Below, piece after piece: positions 40,451 through 53,848 of a DNA stretch of 64,000 nucleotides (position 1 is the first letter of the stretch; each line of letters opens with the position of its first letter). The stretch lies in NCBI RefSeq assembly GCF_009914755.1, contig NC_060925.1; one strand, given 5' to 3'. Source of the DNA: the human T2T-CHM13v2.0 reference genome, Homo sapiens. Under the pieces are notes generated by a model that saw only the letters and a list, made by a program, of their open reading frames with translations, was not told where the DNA came from and did no database searches. A program made the position numbers and the translations under genes.

Positions 40451-42625
40451 GAATATGAATATGACTGCTAAACTTAGATTGTCTTCAGTTTGTGGAGCCT
40501 GTTGGGATATGAAAATTTATGCCTGTGGCTGCATTTCCAAACAAAAAGTTACAGAAAAAGGAAAATTGCAAGAAATAAATTTAATTTTATCTAAGTCAAA
40601 AAGAGGTGTGAATCTTTTCTGATATGTTTCTGGAAGCCAGATTTTATGTGCCCAGAATCATGAATATTCTAAGGTTCACAGTAGGTTGACTAGAGCCATA
40701 GTTTCTATTTTCTGTTTTTTTATGGTGCTTACTTCTTCCATTTAAAATGACTCTAGCTCTTTCTCAAAAGTTTCAAGAAGCTGCTATGCCTGGCTATCAG
40801 CCCTGACCTGAACTCAGTAAATGAATAATCTCTAAGATAAGGTGTTGCACATTCTTCATTTTCATGTAGATGCTTTAGAAACCCTTCTGGGAACAGCATT
40901 CCTCTTTACCTGTGCCCCAGGCTTGCTTTAGGTGGAGTTGCCTGTCTGAGGCTGTTTAGTGTAGTAGATACTGGGTTATGAAATCCACAGGCATGAGCTT
41001 AAATTCCAGCTCCACAAATTTAGCTATGTAATCTTGGGAAAGTTTTTTCTAACCTTTTGAGGCCTCAATTTTTTGTTCTGTAAAATAGTGAAAATAATAA
41101 CTTTGTAAGTAGAAGATTACGTTTCTTTAACAAAAATAGAAGATGAGGTGCAAACATGTAAAGCTGTTAAGAGGAAATAAAGAAAATCTAGTAAATATAT
41201 AAAACCAAATAAATGGTGGAAAATAAAAAAGTTATTAAAATTATACTTGACTGTTAAAGTTATATATTGTATTATTAAAGGCATGAAAATGGGGAGAAAT
41301 GGAATTATCCTAATAAAGGTATCTGTGGAGGCATTTAGTGAGACTTATGACCATTTGAATTAGGGGGAAATAAGATGCAAAAGGAAATTAGGAAATTAAA
41401 ATAAAGCAAGTATATATTACTTCTATAATCAGGAGAAAGCTCCAGGGATTTAAAACCAATATAAGATGAATACAGTTTTAAAAAAGGAAAAAAATAACAA
41501 GATGAAACTAAAAAATAGAAAATAAAAAAACAATTGCTCTTTTTTGTGCGATGAAGGGGGAGATTTTCCTGTAAATTTTTTTGTGGCTGGCTCCTACTAT
41601 TGTTACATCTGATGTAGGGATGGGAATATGTTGGTAATCCTACATAGCCACAGGAATGTCTGAGTGAGAAAATGGAATACAAATCTGGAAGAAATGATGA
41701 GCAGGACTAATCTACAATTGCCTTATGTTATAATGTGGTTCTTGAAGAAAGGAGAGGATCCCAGCAAACCAAGGTTGAATTTTGTATTTTATTTCCTATG
41801 TTATATGATCAGTGGAAATACAGTATTCCATTGAAACAAAAATGATATTATAAAAAAGAAAAGAATACTTGGCAACCCAAGAAAAGGACACGGTAATGAA
41901 GATGGCAGAGTGGAAGATGAAAGTCAACAACTTAAAAAGGAAAACCTGGAGACCCATATACAATTATCAAGGAACTCTGTATGTAGGACTTGAGAATTTC
42001 AAGATACTTGAAAGGTTCCCAGAAATAGAACTTGGAGAAAACAGAACTGTCTTGTGGAATATCTTATGTAAATTGCTCTTATGTAAACCAGCAGAGCTCT
42101 AAAGTAGAAGAAAAGTTGCTTCCTCAATGGAGATCATACTAGGCTCTTTATTTAGTTTTTGCTTTATATTTATAGAAAAATTGTGAGTTAGGCATTATTT
42201 ATTCTGTTTTTTAAAATGAGTCAGTTCAATTTTGGAGAAGTATGGTGACTTGCAGAGGGCTAGCTTGTGTGATGTGACAGAGCCTGGATTTCAACTAAGA
42301 GATGTCTGACTTAAACATCTACTTTGCTTCCCAGTCCTCTACCCTGGCCTTTTAATAGACTATGAGAAAGGCCTCTGGAACCACCAAGGATGAAAAGAAA
42401 AACTGTTTGCAAATATATAGTAAAGAGATACTGTAAAGGATCTGTGAAGAGGAAGAAAAATGGCAAATACTGAGAATATTAAGAGTAGAGATATGGTCAA
42501 AAATAAAGACACACACACACACACACACATGAATAACTGACCAAAGGATAAAAATATACTGTAGAAGAAGAGGAATCAACTAGTAGGCCTTGCCTGTGAA
42601 AATTTTATTGGTTTTATTTGGTCAG

Positions 42626-42989
42626 TGATATGGTTTGGCTGTGTCTCCACCCAAATCTCATCTTGAATTTTAGTTCCCAGAATGCCCACATGTTGTGGGA
42701 GGGATCCAGTGGGAGATAATTGAATCATGGGAGCGAATACCCCATATTACTGTTCTCATGGTAGTGAATAAGTCTCACAAGATCTAATGGTTTTATAAAA
42801 GGTTTCCCCTTTCACTTGGCTCCCATTTGTTCTTGTCTGCCACCATGTAAGACATGCCTTTTGCCTTCTGCCATGATTGTGAGGCCTCCCCAGCCATGTG
42901 TAACTGTGAGTCCATTAAACCTCTCTTTCTTTACAAATTATCCAGTCTCAGGTATGTCTTTATCAGCAGCATGAAAATGGATTGATACA
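42626..42989 (+). mobile_element. THE1C-like MaLR solo LTR, complete
   Basis: tgatatggtttggctgtgtc...gcatgaaaatggattgataca, 364 bp, with a perfect 5-bp TSD gtcag (42621-42625 and 42990-42994). Confidence 0.95.
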
Positions 42990-43313
42990 GTCAGAAAGGA
43001 AACATATGTAAGAATAGTTTATAATAAATCTTAGTAGTAATATTTTTAATAGTAGGAAATTTTAAGCTTTAAAATATAAAAGTTGTGCTACTTATTTTAT
43101 AATTAATAATTCAGTAGAATCTACATGTATAGTGTCATCTCAATTTCATTCTTATGCAATTTTCTCCTTTCAGTGTCCCATACAGGACATACTCACATCT
43201 GACATGATCTCCTGTACTTTTTTTTCTGTCTCAAAAAGCACAAAAATATCCACCTTCACCAAAGTGTCTTAAACTTTTTATGTTATGATTGTGGTTAAAA
43301 ATACATATCACTG

Positions 43314-43658
<345 letters not shown>

Positions 43659-44478
43659 CTATGTGCACATTGTTGTACAGCAGATTTCTAGAACTTTTTC
43701 ATCTTGCATGACTGAAACTCTATGCCATTTGAATAGCAAATGCCCATTTCCCCCTTCCCCAGACCCTGGCAACTACCATTCTACTTTTCATTTCTATGAG
43801 TTTGACCTCTTTGATTACTTCATATAAGTGGAACCACGCAGTATTTGCCCTTCTGTGACTGGCTTATTTCACTGTGCATAATGCCCTGAAGGTTCAGCCA
43901 TGGTGTAGCATATGACAGCATTACCTTCTTTTCTAAGGCTAATTAGTATTCCATTGGTGGTACATAATACATGTTGTTTATCCCTTTATCCACCAATGGA
44001 CATTTAGGTTGTTTATACATCTTGGCTATTGTGAAGGATACTGCAATGAATATGAAAGTACAAATATTGCTTCAAGATCCTGTTTTCAATTTTTTGGATA
44101 AATACCAAGAAGTGAGAGTGCTGGATCATATTTTGGTTCTTTTAAAAATTTTTCGAGTAACCTCCATACAGTTTTCTATGGTGGCCACACCATTTTACAT
44201 TCCCACTAACAATCCTCATCAACACTTTTTATTTTCAGTTTTTTTTTTGTTTCATTCTAACAAGTGTGGTGTGATATCTGATTGTGGTTTTGTTTGCAGT
44301 TTCTTAATACTTTATGATGTTGGAATTCTTTCCATATACCTGGTAATCATTTGTATGTAGTCTCAGAAAAATGTCTATTTAAATCCTTTGTGCATTTTTA
44401 AATTGGCTTTTTTTCCTGCTATTGAGTTGTAGGCATTCCTTATATATTTTGGATATTAACCCCTTATCAGATATATGA

Positions 44479-45051
44479 TGTGATGTTTAATTTTAGATGC
44501 CAACTTGACTGAATTAAGGAATACCCAAGTAGTTAGTAAAGCATTATTTCTGGGTATGTCTATGAGGGTGTTTTTAGAAGAGATTAGTATGCCAATTAAT
44601 GAATTGAATAAAGAAGATCTGAACTCGCCCAGCATTGGCAGGCACCATCCAATTTAGGCTGAGGCCACCTAGATAAACAAAGAAGCAGAGGAAGGCAAGT
44701 TCATGCTCTCTCTCTTCTGAAACTGAACACCCATCTTCTTCAGCCCTAGATACTAGAAGTTAAGGTTCTCTAACCTTAGGTTTCTGGAGCTTGCACTGGA
44801 GACCCCAGTTTCTCAGGGCTTTGGTCTCAGACTGAGAGTTATACCATTGGCTCCTCTTGTTCTCAGGCATTTGGACTTGAATGGAGCCATGCTACTGGCT
44901 TCCGTGACTCTCCAGCTTTCAGGCCAGAATACTGTGGGACTTCACAGCCTCCTTAATTACGTGAGCTAATTCCTGTAACAAATCCCTTTTCAAATATCTA
45001 TCTATAGATTTCCTATTGATTCTGTTTCTCTGGAGAACCATGACTAATACA
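44479..45051 (+). mobile_element. MLT2B-like ERVL solo LTR
   Basis: tgtgatgtttaattttagatgccaacttgactg...ctctggagaaccatgactaataca. TSD tatga/tatgg. The host L1 is contiguous across it. Confidence 0.9.
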
Positions 45052-48018
45052 TATGGTTTGCAAATGTTTCCCCTCATTCCATAGGTTGCCTTTTCTCTCT
45101 GTTGATGGTTTTCCTTGTGTAGACGCTCTTTAGTTTGATATAGTCCCACTTGTTTATTTCTTCTTGTTGTTGTCTGTACTTCTAGTGACATATCTAAGAA
45201 ATTCTTACCAAGAACAATGTTATGAAGTTTTCTCCTATGTTTTCTTTTAGGAGATTTATAGTTGCAGCTCTTACATTTAAGTCTTTAATCCTTTTTTGAG
45301 TTTTTTTTGTGTGTGTGTGGTATGAGTCCAAATGTATTGTTTTGCATATGAATATCCAGTTTCTCCAACACCATTTGTTGAAGAGACTGCCCTTTCTCCA
45401 TTGTGTAATCTTGGCTTCCTTGCAAAAATATCTTTTGATTGTATATGTGTGAGTTTGTTTTTGGGCTTGTATTCAGTTCCATTAATCTAATGTCTGCATT
45501 TTTGCTGGTGTCATACTGCTTTGATTACTGTAGCTTTGTAATGTGTTTTGAGTCAGGAAGTATTAGTCTGCCAGCTTCATTCTTCTTTCTCAAGATTGTT
45601 TTGACTATTCAGGGGTCTTTTGTGATTCCATATGAATTTTAAGATGGGGTTTTCTACGAAAAAAAACACTGGAATTTTGAATAAGACAGCATTACTGTGT
45701 AGATCAGTTTGAATAGTATTGATATTTTAACAATATTTAGTCTTCCAATCCAAGAACATGGGATATCTTTCCATTTATTTGTGTCTTTAATTTTTCAGCA
45801 GTGTTGTGTAGTTCTCAGTATACAAGTCTTTTTCCTCATTGACTGAGTTTATTCTTAAGTATTTTAGTCTTTTTAATGCTATTGTGAATAAGATTGTTTT
45901 CATTTCCTTTTTGAACTGCTCAGTGTTAGTGTATAGAAATGCAATTGATTTTTGTATGCTGATTTTGTATTCTGCAACTTTGATGAATTTTTTTATTATT
46001 TCTAACAGGTTTTTGGTGTGATTTTTAGCATTTTCTACGTATAAGACCATGTCATCTGCAAACAAAGGTAATTTTACTTCTTTATTTTGAATTTGAATGC
46101 ATTTTATTTATTTTTGTTGCCTAATTGCTCTAGTTAAGACTACTAGTACTATGTTGAATACAAATGGTAAGATGGGCATGCTTACCTTGTTTCTAATCTT
46201 AGAGGAAAAGCTTTCAGTTTTTCACCACTGAGTATAGTGTTAGCTATGAGATTTTTATATATGGTTTTTAATTACACTGAGATAATTTACTTCTATTCAT
46301 AGTTTAGTGAGTATTTTATCATAAAAGTGTGTGAAATTTTGTCCAATGTTTTCTCTGCATCAATTGAGGTGATCATGTAATTTTTATCCTTCGTTCTGTT
46401 AAGATGGTATATAACATCGATTGGTTTTTGTATGCTGAATTATCCCTGCATTCCAGGAATAAATCCCACTTGGTCATGGTGCATGATACTTTCAATATAC
46501 TTTTGGATTTCATTTGCTATTAATAATACTTTGTTGATGATCATTTGCATCTATATTCATCAGGGATATTGGCCTGTAATTTTCTTTTCTTGTAGTGTCT
46601 TTGTCTTAGTTTGGTATCAGGGTAATGCTGGCTTCATAAAACACATTTGAAAATATTCCCTCCTCTTTAATTTTTTTGGAAAAGTTTGAGAAGGATTTTC
46701 ATTAATTTTTATTTAAATGTTCAACAGAATTCTCAGTGAAGCTATCTGCTCCTGGGCTTTAGTTTTTTGAGAGCTTTTGGAAAACTTATTCAATCTTACT
46801 AGTCATAGGTCTGTTCAGATTTTCTATTTCTTCATCATTCTGTCATGGTGGTTTGTATGTTTCCAGGAGTTTATTTCTTCTAGGTTATCCAATATATTGG
46901 TATATTATTTACAGTCATCTCTAATAACCCTCTTTATCTCTATGGTATCAGTTGCAATGTCTTCTTTTTAAATTTCTGATTATATTTATTTGAGTCTTCT
47001 GTTTTACTTTCAGTCCAGCTAAACTTTGACAATCTGGTGATCTTTTGGAAAGAATCAAGTCTTAGTTATGAATTTTTCTGTTGCTTTTCTTTTCTTTTGT
47101 TTGTTTCACATATTCCTAATCTTTTTCATTTTCTCCCTTCTGCTACTTTGGGCTTATTGTCTTCTTCTTTCTAGTTCCTTGAGATATAAAATTAGGTTGC
47201 TTATTTGAACTCTTTCTTCCTTTTTACCGTAGGCATTACTGCTATAAATTTGCCTTTTAGTATTGTTTTTGGTGCTTCCTATATGTTTTGATATGTTGTG
47301 TTTTCATTTTTATCTTAGCTATTTTCCAATTTCCCTTTTGATTTCTTCTTTGACTGGTTGCTTACTCCAGAGTGTGTTGTTTAATTTTCATATATTTGTG
47401 ATTTTTTTTAAGTTTTCCTTTTGCTCTTGATTTTTAGTTTTAGTTCATTACGGTTGGAAAAGAAATTTGGTATGATTTCTACCTTCTTAAGTTTATTAAG
47501 ATGTGTTTTGTGAGCTAACACGTGATATTTCTTGAAGAATGTTACATGTGCACTTCAGAATAATGTGTATTCTGCTGCTGTTGGATGGTTTGCTCTGTAT
47601 ATATTCATTAGATCCATTTGGTATACTGCTAAGTCCTGTGTTTCCTTAATGATCTCTACCCTTGATGTTCTATTCATTATTAAAAGAGGGGTATTGGAAT
47701 CTCCTACTGTTATTGTGTTGTTATCTATTTTTCCTATCAATTCTGTGAATGTTTGCTTCATATATTTGAGTGTTCTGATATTGAGGGCATATATATTTAT
47801 AGTTGTTTTATATTCCTGGTGAGTTTACCCTTTTATCATTATATAATTCCTTCCTCTGCCTCTTGTACAGTTTTTGACTTAAAGTCTATTTTGTTGGATA
47901 TAAGCATGGCCACTCCTTCCCTCTTTTGGTTATTATTTGCATAGAATCTTGTTCCATCCTTTCACTTTCAGCCTATATGTCCTTAAATTTAAAGTGAGAT
48001 TTTTGTAGACAACATTTA

Positions 48019-48254
48019 CAGTAAAAGCATCTCCAATTCAAAAATTCAAAATTTGAAATGCTCCAAAATACTCAACTATTTTAGGGCTGATATGATGTTG
48101 CAAGAAGATGCTAATTGGAGCATTAAAGACTTTGTATTTTCAAATTTTAGATGCTTACCTGGTAAGTATAATGTAAATATTCCAAAATCCAAAATAATCT
48201 GAAATTGAAAACACTTCTGGTCTTGAGCATTTTGGATACAGGATACTCAACCTG
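48019..48254. mobile_element. Tigger4a/MER46A-like MITE
   Basis: 236 bp with TA on both sides. Termini cagtaaaagcatctccaattcaaaa and ttttggatacaggatactcaacctg. Confidence 0.88.
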
Positions 48255-48552
48255 TAGTTTCATCTTGTTTATTTTATTTTATTATCTATTTAGTCATTGT
48301 CTTTTAATTGGCTAGTTGAACCTATTGTCATCTAAAAGAACTGCTGATAAAGAAGGACTTATATTGCTATTTTGTTAATTGTTTTCTCTCTGTCTTGTAC
48401 TTTTTTGTTCCTCTTTTTCTTTCTTGCCATCTTCCTTTATATTTTGTTAATTTTTTGTAGTGACATGCTTTGATTCATCTCTTGTATTATTTTGTAAATC
48501 TTCTATAGGTATTTTCTTTGTGATTACCATGGGGCTTCCAGAAAACATAACA

Positions 48553-49929
48553 ATCCCCATAGCTTAGCTCCCACTTATAAGTGAGAACATACAATGTTTG
48601 GTTTTTCATTCCTGAGTTACCTCACTTAGAATAATAGTCTCCAACTCCATCTAGGTTGCTATGAATGCCATTATTTCCTTCCTTTTTATGGCTGAGTAGC
48701 ATTCCATGGAGTATATATACCACATTTTCTTTATCGACTTGGTTGATGCACATTTAGGCTGGTTCTGTATTTTTACAGTTGTGAATTATGCTGTTATAAA
48801 CATGAAGTACAAGTGTCTTGTCTTTTTCATTTAATGACTTATTTTCCTTTGGGTAGATACCCAGTAGTGAGATTGCTGGATTGAATGGTAGTTCTAATTT
48901 TAGTTCTTTAAGAAACATCCATACAGTTTTCTGTAGTGATTGTAGTAGTTTCCATTTCTATCAGCAGTGTAAAATGGCTCCCTTTCCACTGCATCCACTC
49001 CAGTATCTTTTTTTTAAATTTTTAAATTATGGAGTAATGTGGTATCTCATTGTGGTTTTGATTTGCATTTTCCTAATAATTAGTGACATTGATCATTTGT
49101 GCATATGTTTGTTGGCCATTTATATATCTTCTTTTGAGAATTTTTTATTTACGTCCTTTGCCCACTTTTTGATGGGATTTTTTTTTTCTTGCTGATTTGT
49201 TTGAATTCCTTGTGGATTCTGGATATTAGTCCTTTGTTAGATGCATACTTTGCAGATATTTTCTCCCACTTTGTGGGTTGTCTGTTTACTCTGCTGATAA
49301 TTTCTTCTATTGTGCAGAAGCTTTTAGGTTAATTACATCCCATTTATTTATTTTTGTATTTGTCACATTTGCTTTTGGTTCTTGTTCATAAACTCCTTGC
49401 TTAAGCCAATGTCTAGAATAGTTATTCTTATGTTATCTTCTGGAATTTTTACAGTTTCAGGTCTTAAATTTAAGTCTTTGATCCATCTTCAGTTGATTTT
49501 TGTATAAGGTGAGAGATGAAGATCCAGTTTCATTCTCCTACATGTGGCTTGCCAGTTATCCCAGCACCATTTGTTGATTAGGGTGTCTTTCCCCACTTTG
49601 TGTTTTTGTTTGCTTTGTTGAAGATCAGTTGGCTATAAGTATTTGGCTTTATTTCTGGTTTCTCTATCCTGTTCCATTTGGTCTATGTGTTTATTTTTAT
49701 GCTAGCACCATGATGTTTTGTTAACTATAGCCTTGTAATATAGCTTGAAGTGAGGTAATGTGATATATCCAGGTTTGTTCTTTTTGCTTAGTCTTGCTTT
49801 AGCTATGTGGGCTCTTTTTTGGTTCCATATGAATTTTGGGATTGTTTTTTCTAGTTTTGTGAGAAATGATGATGGCATTTTGATGAGAATTGCATTGAAT
49901 CTGTAGATTGCTTTTTGCAGTATCATCAT
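48553..49929 (-). mobile_element. L1PB-like fragment lacking its terminal 3'UTR and poly(A)
   Basis: catagcttagctcccacttataagtgagaacataca...ttcctgagttacctcacttagaataat, plus the ORF2 peptide [10 protein letters not shown]. Confidence 0.85.
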
Positions 49930-49970
49930 TGTATTAGTCAGGGCTCCCAAGAGGGACAGAACTGATAGGA
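49930..49970 (-). mobile_element. MLT2A LTR 3'-terminal stub
   Basis: tgtattagtcagggctcccaagagggacagaactgatagga matches the start of the complete copy at 58618. Confidence 0.8.
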
Positions 49971-50270
49971 GATATATATATATATATAGATATATATATA
50001 TATATATATATATAGATATATATATATCCCGTTATATATCATATAATGATATATATATATATCCCGTTATATATCATATAATGATATATATATATCCTGT
50101 TATATATCATATAATGATATATATATCCCGTTATATATCATATAATGATATATATATATCCCGTTATATATCATATAATGATATATATATCCCGTTATAT
50201 ATCATATAATGATATATATATCCCATTATATATTATATAATGATATATGTGTGTGTGTGTATGTGTGTGT
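49971..50270. repeat. (TA)n plus a 7-copy ~31-35-bp minisatellite plus (TG)n
   Basis: Unit (ta)n-tcccgttatatatcatataatga. Confidence 0.93.
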
Positions 50271-50465
50271 ATTTACTAATACCTATGAGTTTTCTACCTC
50301 AAATGATTTCTTATTGCTTGTTAACATCCTTTTCTTTCAGACTGAAGAACTCTCCTTAGAATTTCTTGTAGGACAGATCTGGTGTTAATGATTATCTATC
50401 TATCTATCTATCTAGATATATAGTTTTGTCATTAATTTAAAATAATGGGTTATAAGATGTTACTT

Positions 50466-50651
50466 ACCTCAAATGATGCACCCGCTTCAGCCTCCCAAAG
50501 TGCTGGCATTTCAGGTAAGTACCACCACGCCTGGCTAATTTTTTATTTTTAGTAGAGGTGTGGTTTCACCATGTTGGTCAGGCCGGGCATGGTGGCTCAC
50601 GCCTGTAATTTCAGCACTTTGGGAAGCCAAGGTGGACAGATCATTTGAGGT
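50466..50651. mobile_element. Two oppositely oriented partial Alu segments fused together
   Basis: A minus-strand Alu piece runs to 50580 and is directly followed by ggccgggcatggtggctcacgcc...gatcatttgaggt. Confidence 0.85.
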
Positions 50652-50653
50652 AA

Positions 50654-53600
50654 GTAACATCTTACAGTGCATTATTTTAAATTAATGACAAAACTGATTG
50701 CAAAAACACACTAATGAACAAACAAAAATAAAATTAATAAAATCTCTACACTTTAATTTCCTCTCCCCCACTTTTTAACTTTTTGTTGTTTCTGTTTATA
50801 TCTTGTTATACTGTCTATGTTTTCAAATTGTTGTAGTTATTATTTTTGATATGCTCATTTTTAGTCTTTCTACTCAATGTGTGAGTAGATTGTACTCTAG
50901 TTACAGTGTTATAATATTCTATGTTTGTCTGCATATTTACTAGTACCTATGATTTTTGTACCTCAGATGATTTCTTATTGCTTGTTAACATCCTTTTCTT
51001 TCAGACTGAAGAACTCTCTTTAGTATTTCTTGTAGGACAGGTCTGGTGTTAATGAAATACCTCAGTTTTTGTTTTTCTGGAGAAATCTTTATTTCTTCTT
51101 CATGTTTGAGGGATAGTTTTGCTGGATATACTATCCTAGGATAAAAGTTTTTTTTTTTTTTTTTCTTTTAGCATTTTAAATATGTCATTCCACTCTCTCC
51201 TGGCCTGGAAGGTTTCCACTGAGAAGTCTGCTGCCAGATGTATTTCAGCTCCTTTGTATGTTACTTGTTTATTTTCTCTTGCTGCTTTTAGATCCTTCCT
51301 TTGTCCTTGACCTTTGGGAGTTTGCTTATTAACTACTTTGAGGTAGTCTTATTTGAATTAAATCTGCTTGGTGTTTTATAAACCTCCTGTACTTGAATAT
51401 TGATATCTTTCTCTAGGTTTGGGAAGTTCTCTGTTATTATTTGAATATTTTTATATATGCTGTCGTATATATTATACGGCTTTTTCCTGATCCTAGTCTT
51501 TAGCAAAATTTCTTTTTTCTTAATTGTCAGTTTTTATTTTTAATAAACTATAAGCTCTGTGAGGACATGAACCATGCCAGGCTTGGTGAATAATAATGAC
51601 TATTAAAAAATTATTTCAATCTCTGTTAAATTTATCTGATGGGATTCTGAATTTCTTCTCTGTGATATCTTGAATTTTGCTGAGCTTCCTCAAAGCAGCT
51701 ATTTTGAATTCTTTTTATGAAAGGTCACACATCTGTCACTCTAGGATTGGGCACTGGTACCTTATTTGGTTTGTTTGATGAGGTAATGTGTTACTGGATG
51801 GTCTTAATTCTTGTGGACATTTGTTAATGTCTGGGCATTGAAGAGTTAGGTATTCATTATTGTCTTTGCAGTCTGGGCTTTTTATATCCATTCTTCCTGG
51901 GAAAAATTTCTAATTATTCAAAGGGAATTGAATGTTGTGATCTAAATCTTTGGTCATTGCAGCCATATCTACATTTGGGGCATCCCATACCCAGCAACAC
52001 TGTGATATTTGTCAACTCATAGAGGTATTTCCTTGGTTGTCTTGGCTAAGATCTGGGAGAAGTCCCTAGATTACCAGGAAGAAACCCTTGTTCTCTTCCC
52101 TTAGTTTCTGCCAATGAAACAGATTCTCTCTCTGCTGAGCTGCCTGGAACTAGTGGAAAGGTGACACAAACACCCCCATTGGCCACCAACACTGGGATTG
52201 CATGAGGTGATATCCAAAGCCAGCACTGCAGTGGGTCTTGGCCAAGGCCTGTAATGACCCCTTGTTGGGCACCACCTTGGTTCACTCAAGGCTCAAGCAC
52301 TCTTCATTCAGCAGGTAATAAATCCTGCCAGGCTTGTGTCCTATCCTTCAGCATGATGAACTCTGACTGGCCCAGAGCAGGTCCTGGAATGTTGTCCAGG
52401 ATCCAGTGCCTAGAGTTGGGAACATTAGGAATCTACTTGGTGCTCTGTTCTACTGCAGCTGAGCTGGCACCCTAACTGCAAGACAAGTCCTACCCACTCT
52501 TCTTCCCTCTCCTTTCCTCATGCAGAAAGAGTCTCACTCCATGGCCACTACTGCTACAGGTTTATGGCACTTACTACTCGACTACCACTGATGTCCACTT
52601 AAGGCCTAAGGGCTCTTCAGACATTCTGGTGAATGCTGCCAGGCCTGAGTCTCCCCCTTCAGGGAAGTGGACTCCCATCTGGCCCAGGGTAGGTCCAGAA
52701 ATGCCATCCAGGACCCAAGCCTGGAATTGGGAATCCCAGGAGCCTGGCTGGTGCTCTATACCCCGTGGCTGTGCTGGTGCCCAAGCTGCAGAGCAAAGTC
52801 CCCTTTACTCTTCCCTCTCCTTTCCTCAAACAGAATGCATCTCTCCCTTTGGCTATCATAGCTGATAATGATGCACTGGATCATACCTGAATCCAGCATT
52901 ATCCTGAGTCTCACCCAAGGCCTGTGGTGATAACTGCCTGGGTACCACTGATATTTACTCATGGTCCAAGGGCTCTTTAGTCAGCAGGTGATGAATCCTG
53001 CCAGGACTTGGTCCTTCTTTTCAAGGCAGTGGGTTCCCTTCTGACCCAGGGTATGTCTAGAAATGTCAGTGAGGAGCTAGAGCCTGGAAGAGGAGCCTTA
53101 GGACTCTGCCTGGTGCTCTATTCTACTGTAGCTGAAATGGTACCAAGTTATAAGGCAAAGTCCTCTTTATACTTCCTTCTCTCCTCAAGCAGAGGAAAGA
53201 AATGCCTCCCAGAGCTGTGGTCTGTGCTGCCTGGGGTTGGGGGAGGAGTGATGCAAGCACTTGCTTGGCCACCCCACCTGGTGTCTCACTAGGTCATGTG
53301 TACTCCAAGTCCACTGTCTCTGAGCCCAGCATAGCACCAGGACTTGCCCAGGAATTGCAGTCCTTGTGGCCTTGATACGTTTCAAGAGCGTGTTAGCCTG
53401 CATTGCTGGGGCTAGTCAGAACTTGGGTTCTGACCCCTGAGGTGGGTGATGCACCTGCAGCTAGGGTTGGTTTAAATGCTCCCTCCATGAGCACTGGCTG
53501 AATTCTGCCCCATATTGGTTTCTGCTGTGACAGAGCAGCACTGAGTTCCAATGCAATGCTTCACAATAACTGTGCTCTCTCTCCCCCAAGCACACAAATT

Positions 53601-53848
53601 CTCTCTCTGCACTGTGTGGCCCCTCCGGAGGGATGGTGAGGGGGTTGGTGTCAGCAATTTAAGACTGTTTTCAACCATCTTTAGTGCCTCTTAACTTGAT
53701 ATGATGTTAAAACCAGGTAGTGTAATTGCTTATTTTAGTTTTGGTTATTATGAAGATGCTTTCTCGTGTGGATAGTTATTCAGTCTGGTGTTCCTGCAGG
53801 GGAGGTGATGGTCAGAGGCTTCTATTTGATCATCTTGCTCTACCTCCT
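50654..53848 (-). mobile_element. L1MA-type 5' half (5'UTR, ORF1, inter-ORF), same 5'UTR family as the element at 13526
   Basis: The minus strand starts ggaggtagagcaagatgatcaaatagaagcc...aactatccacacgagaaagcatcttcataa, colinear with 13526-13640. It carries ~300-350-bp 5'UTR repeats. Confidence 0.85.
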
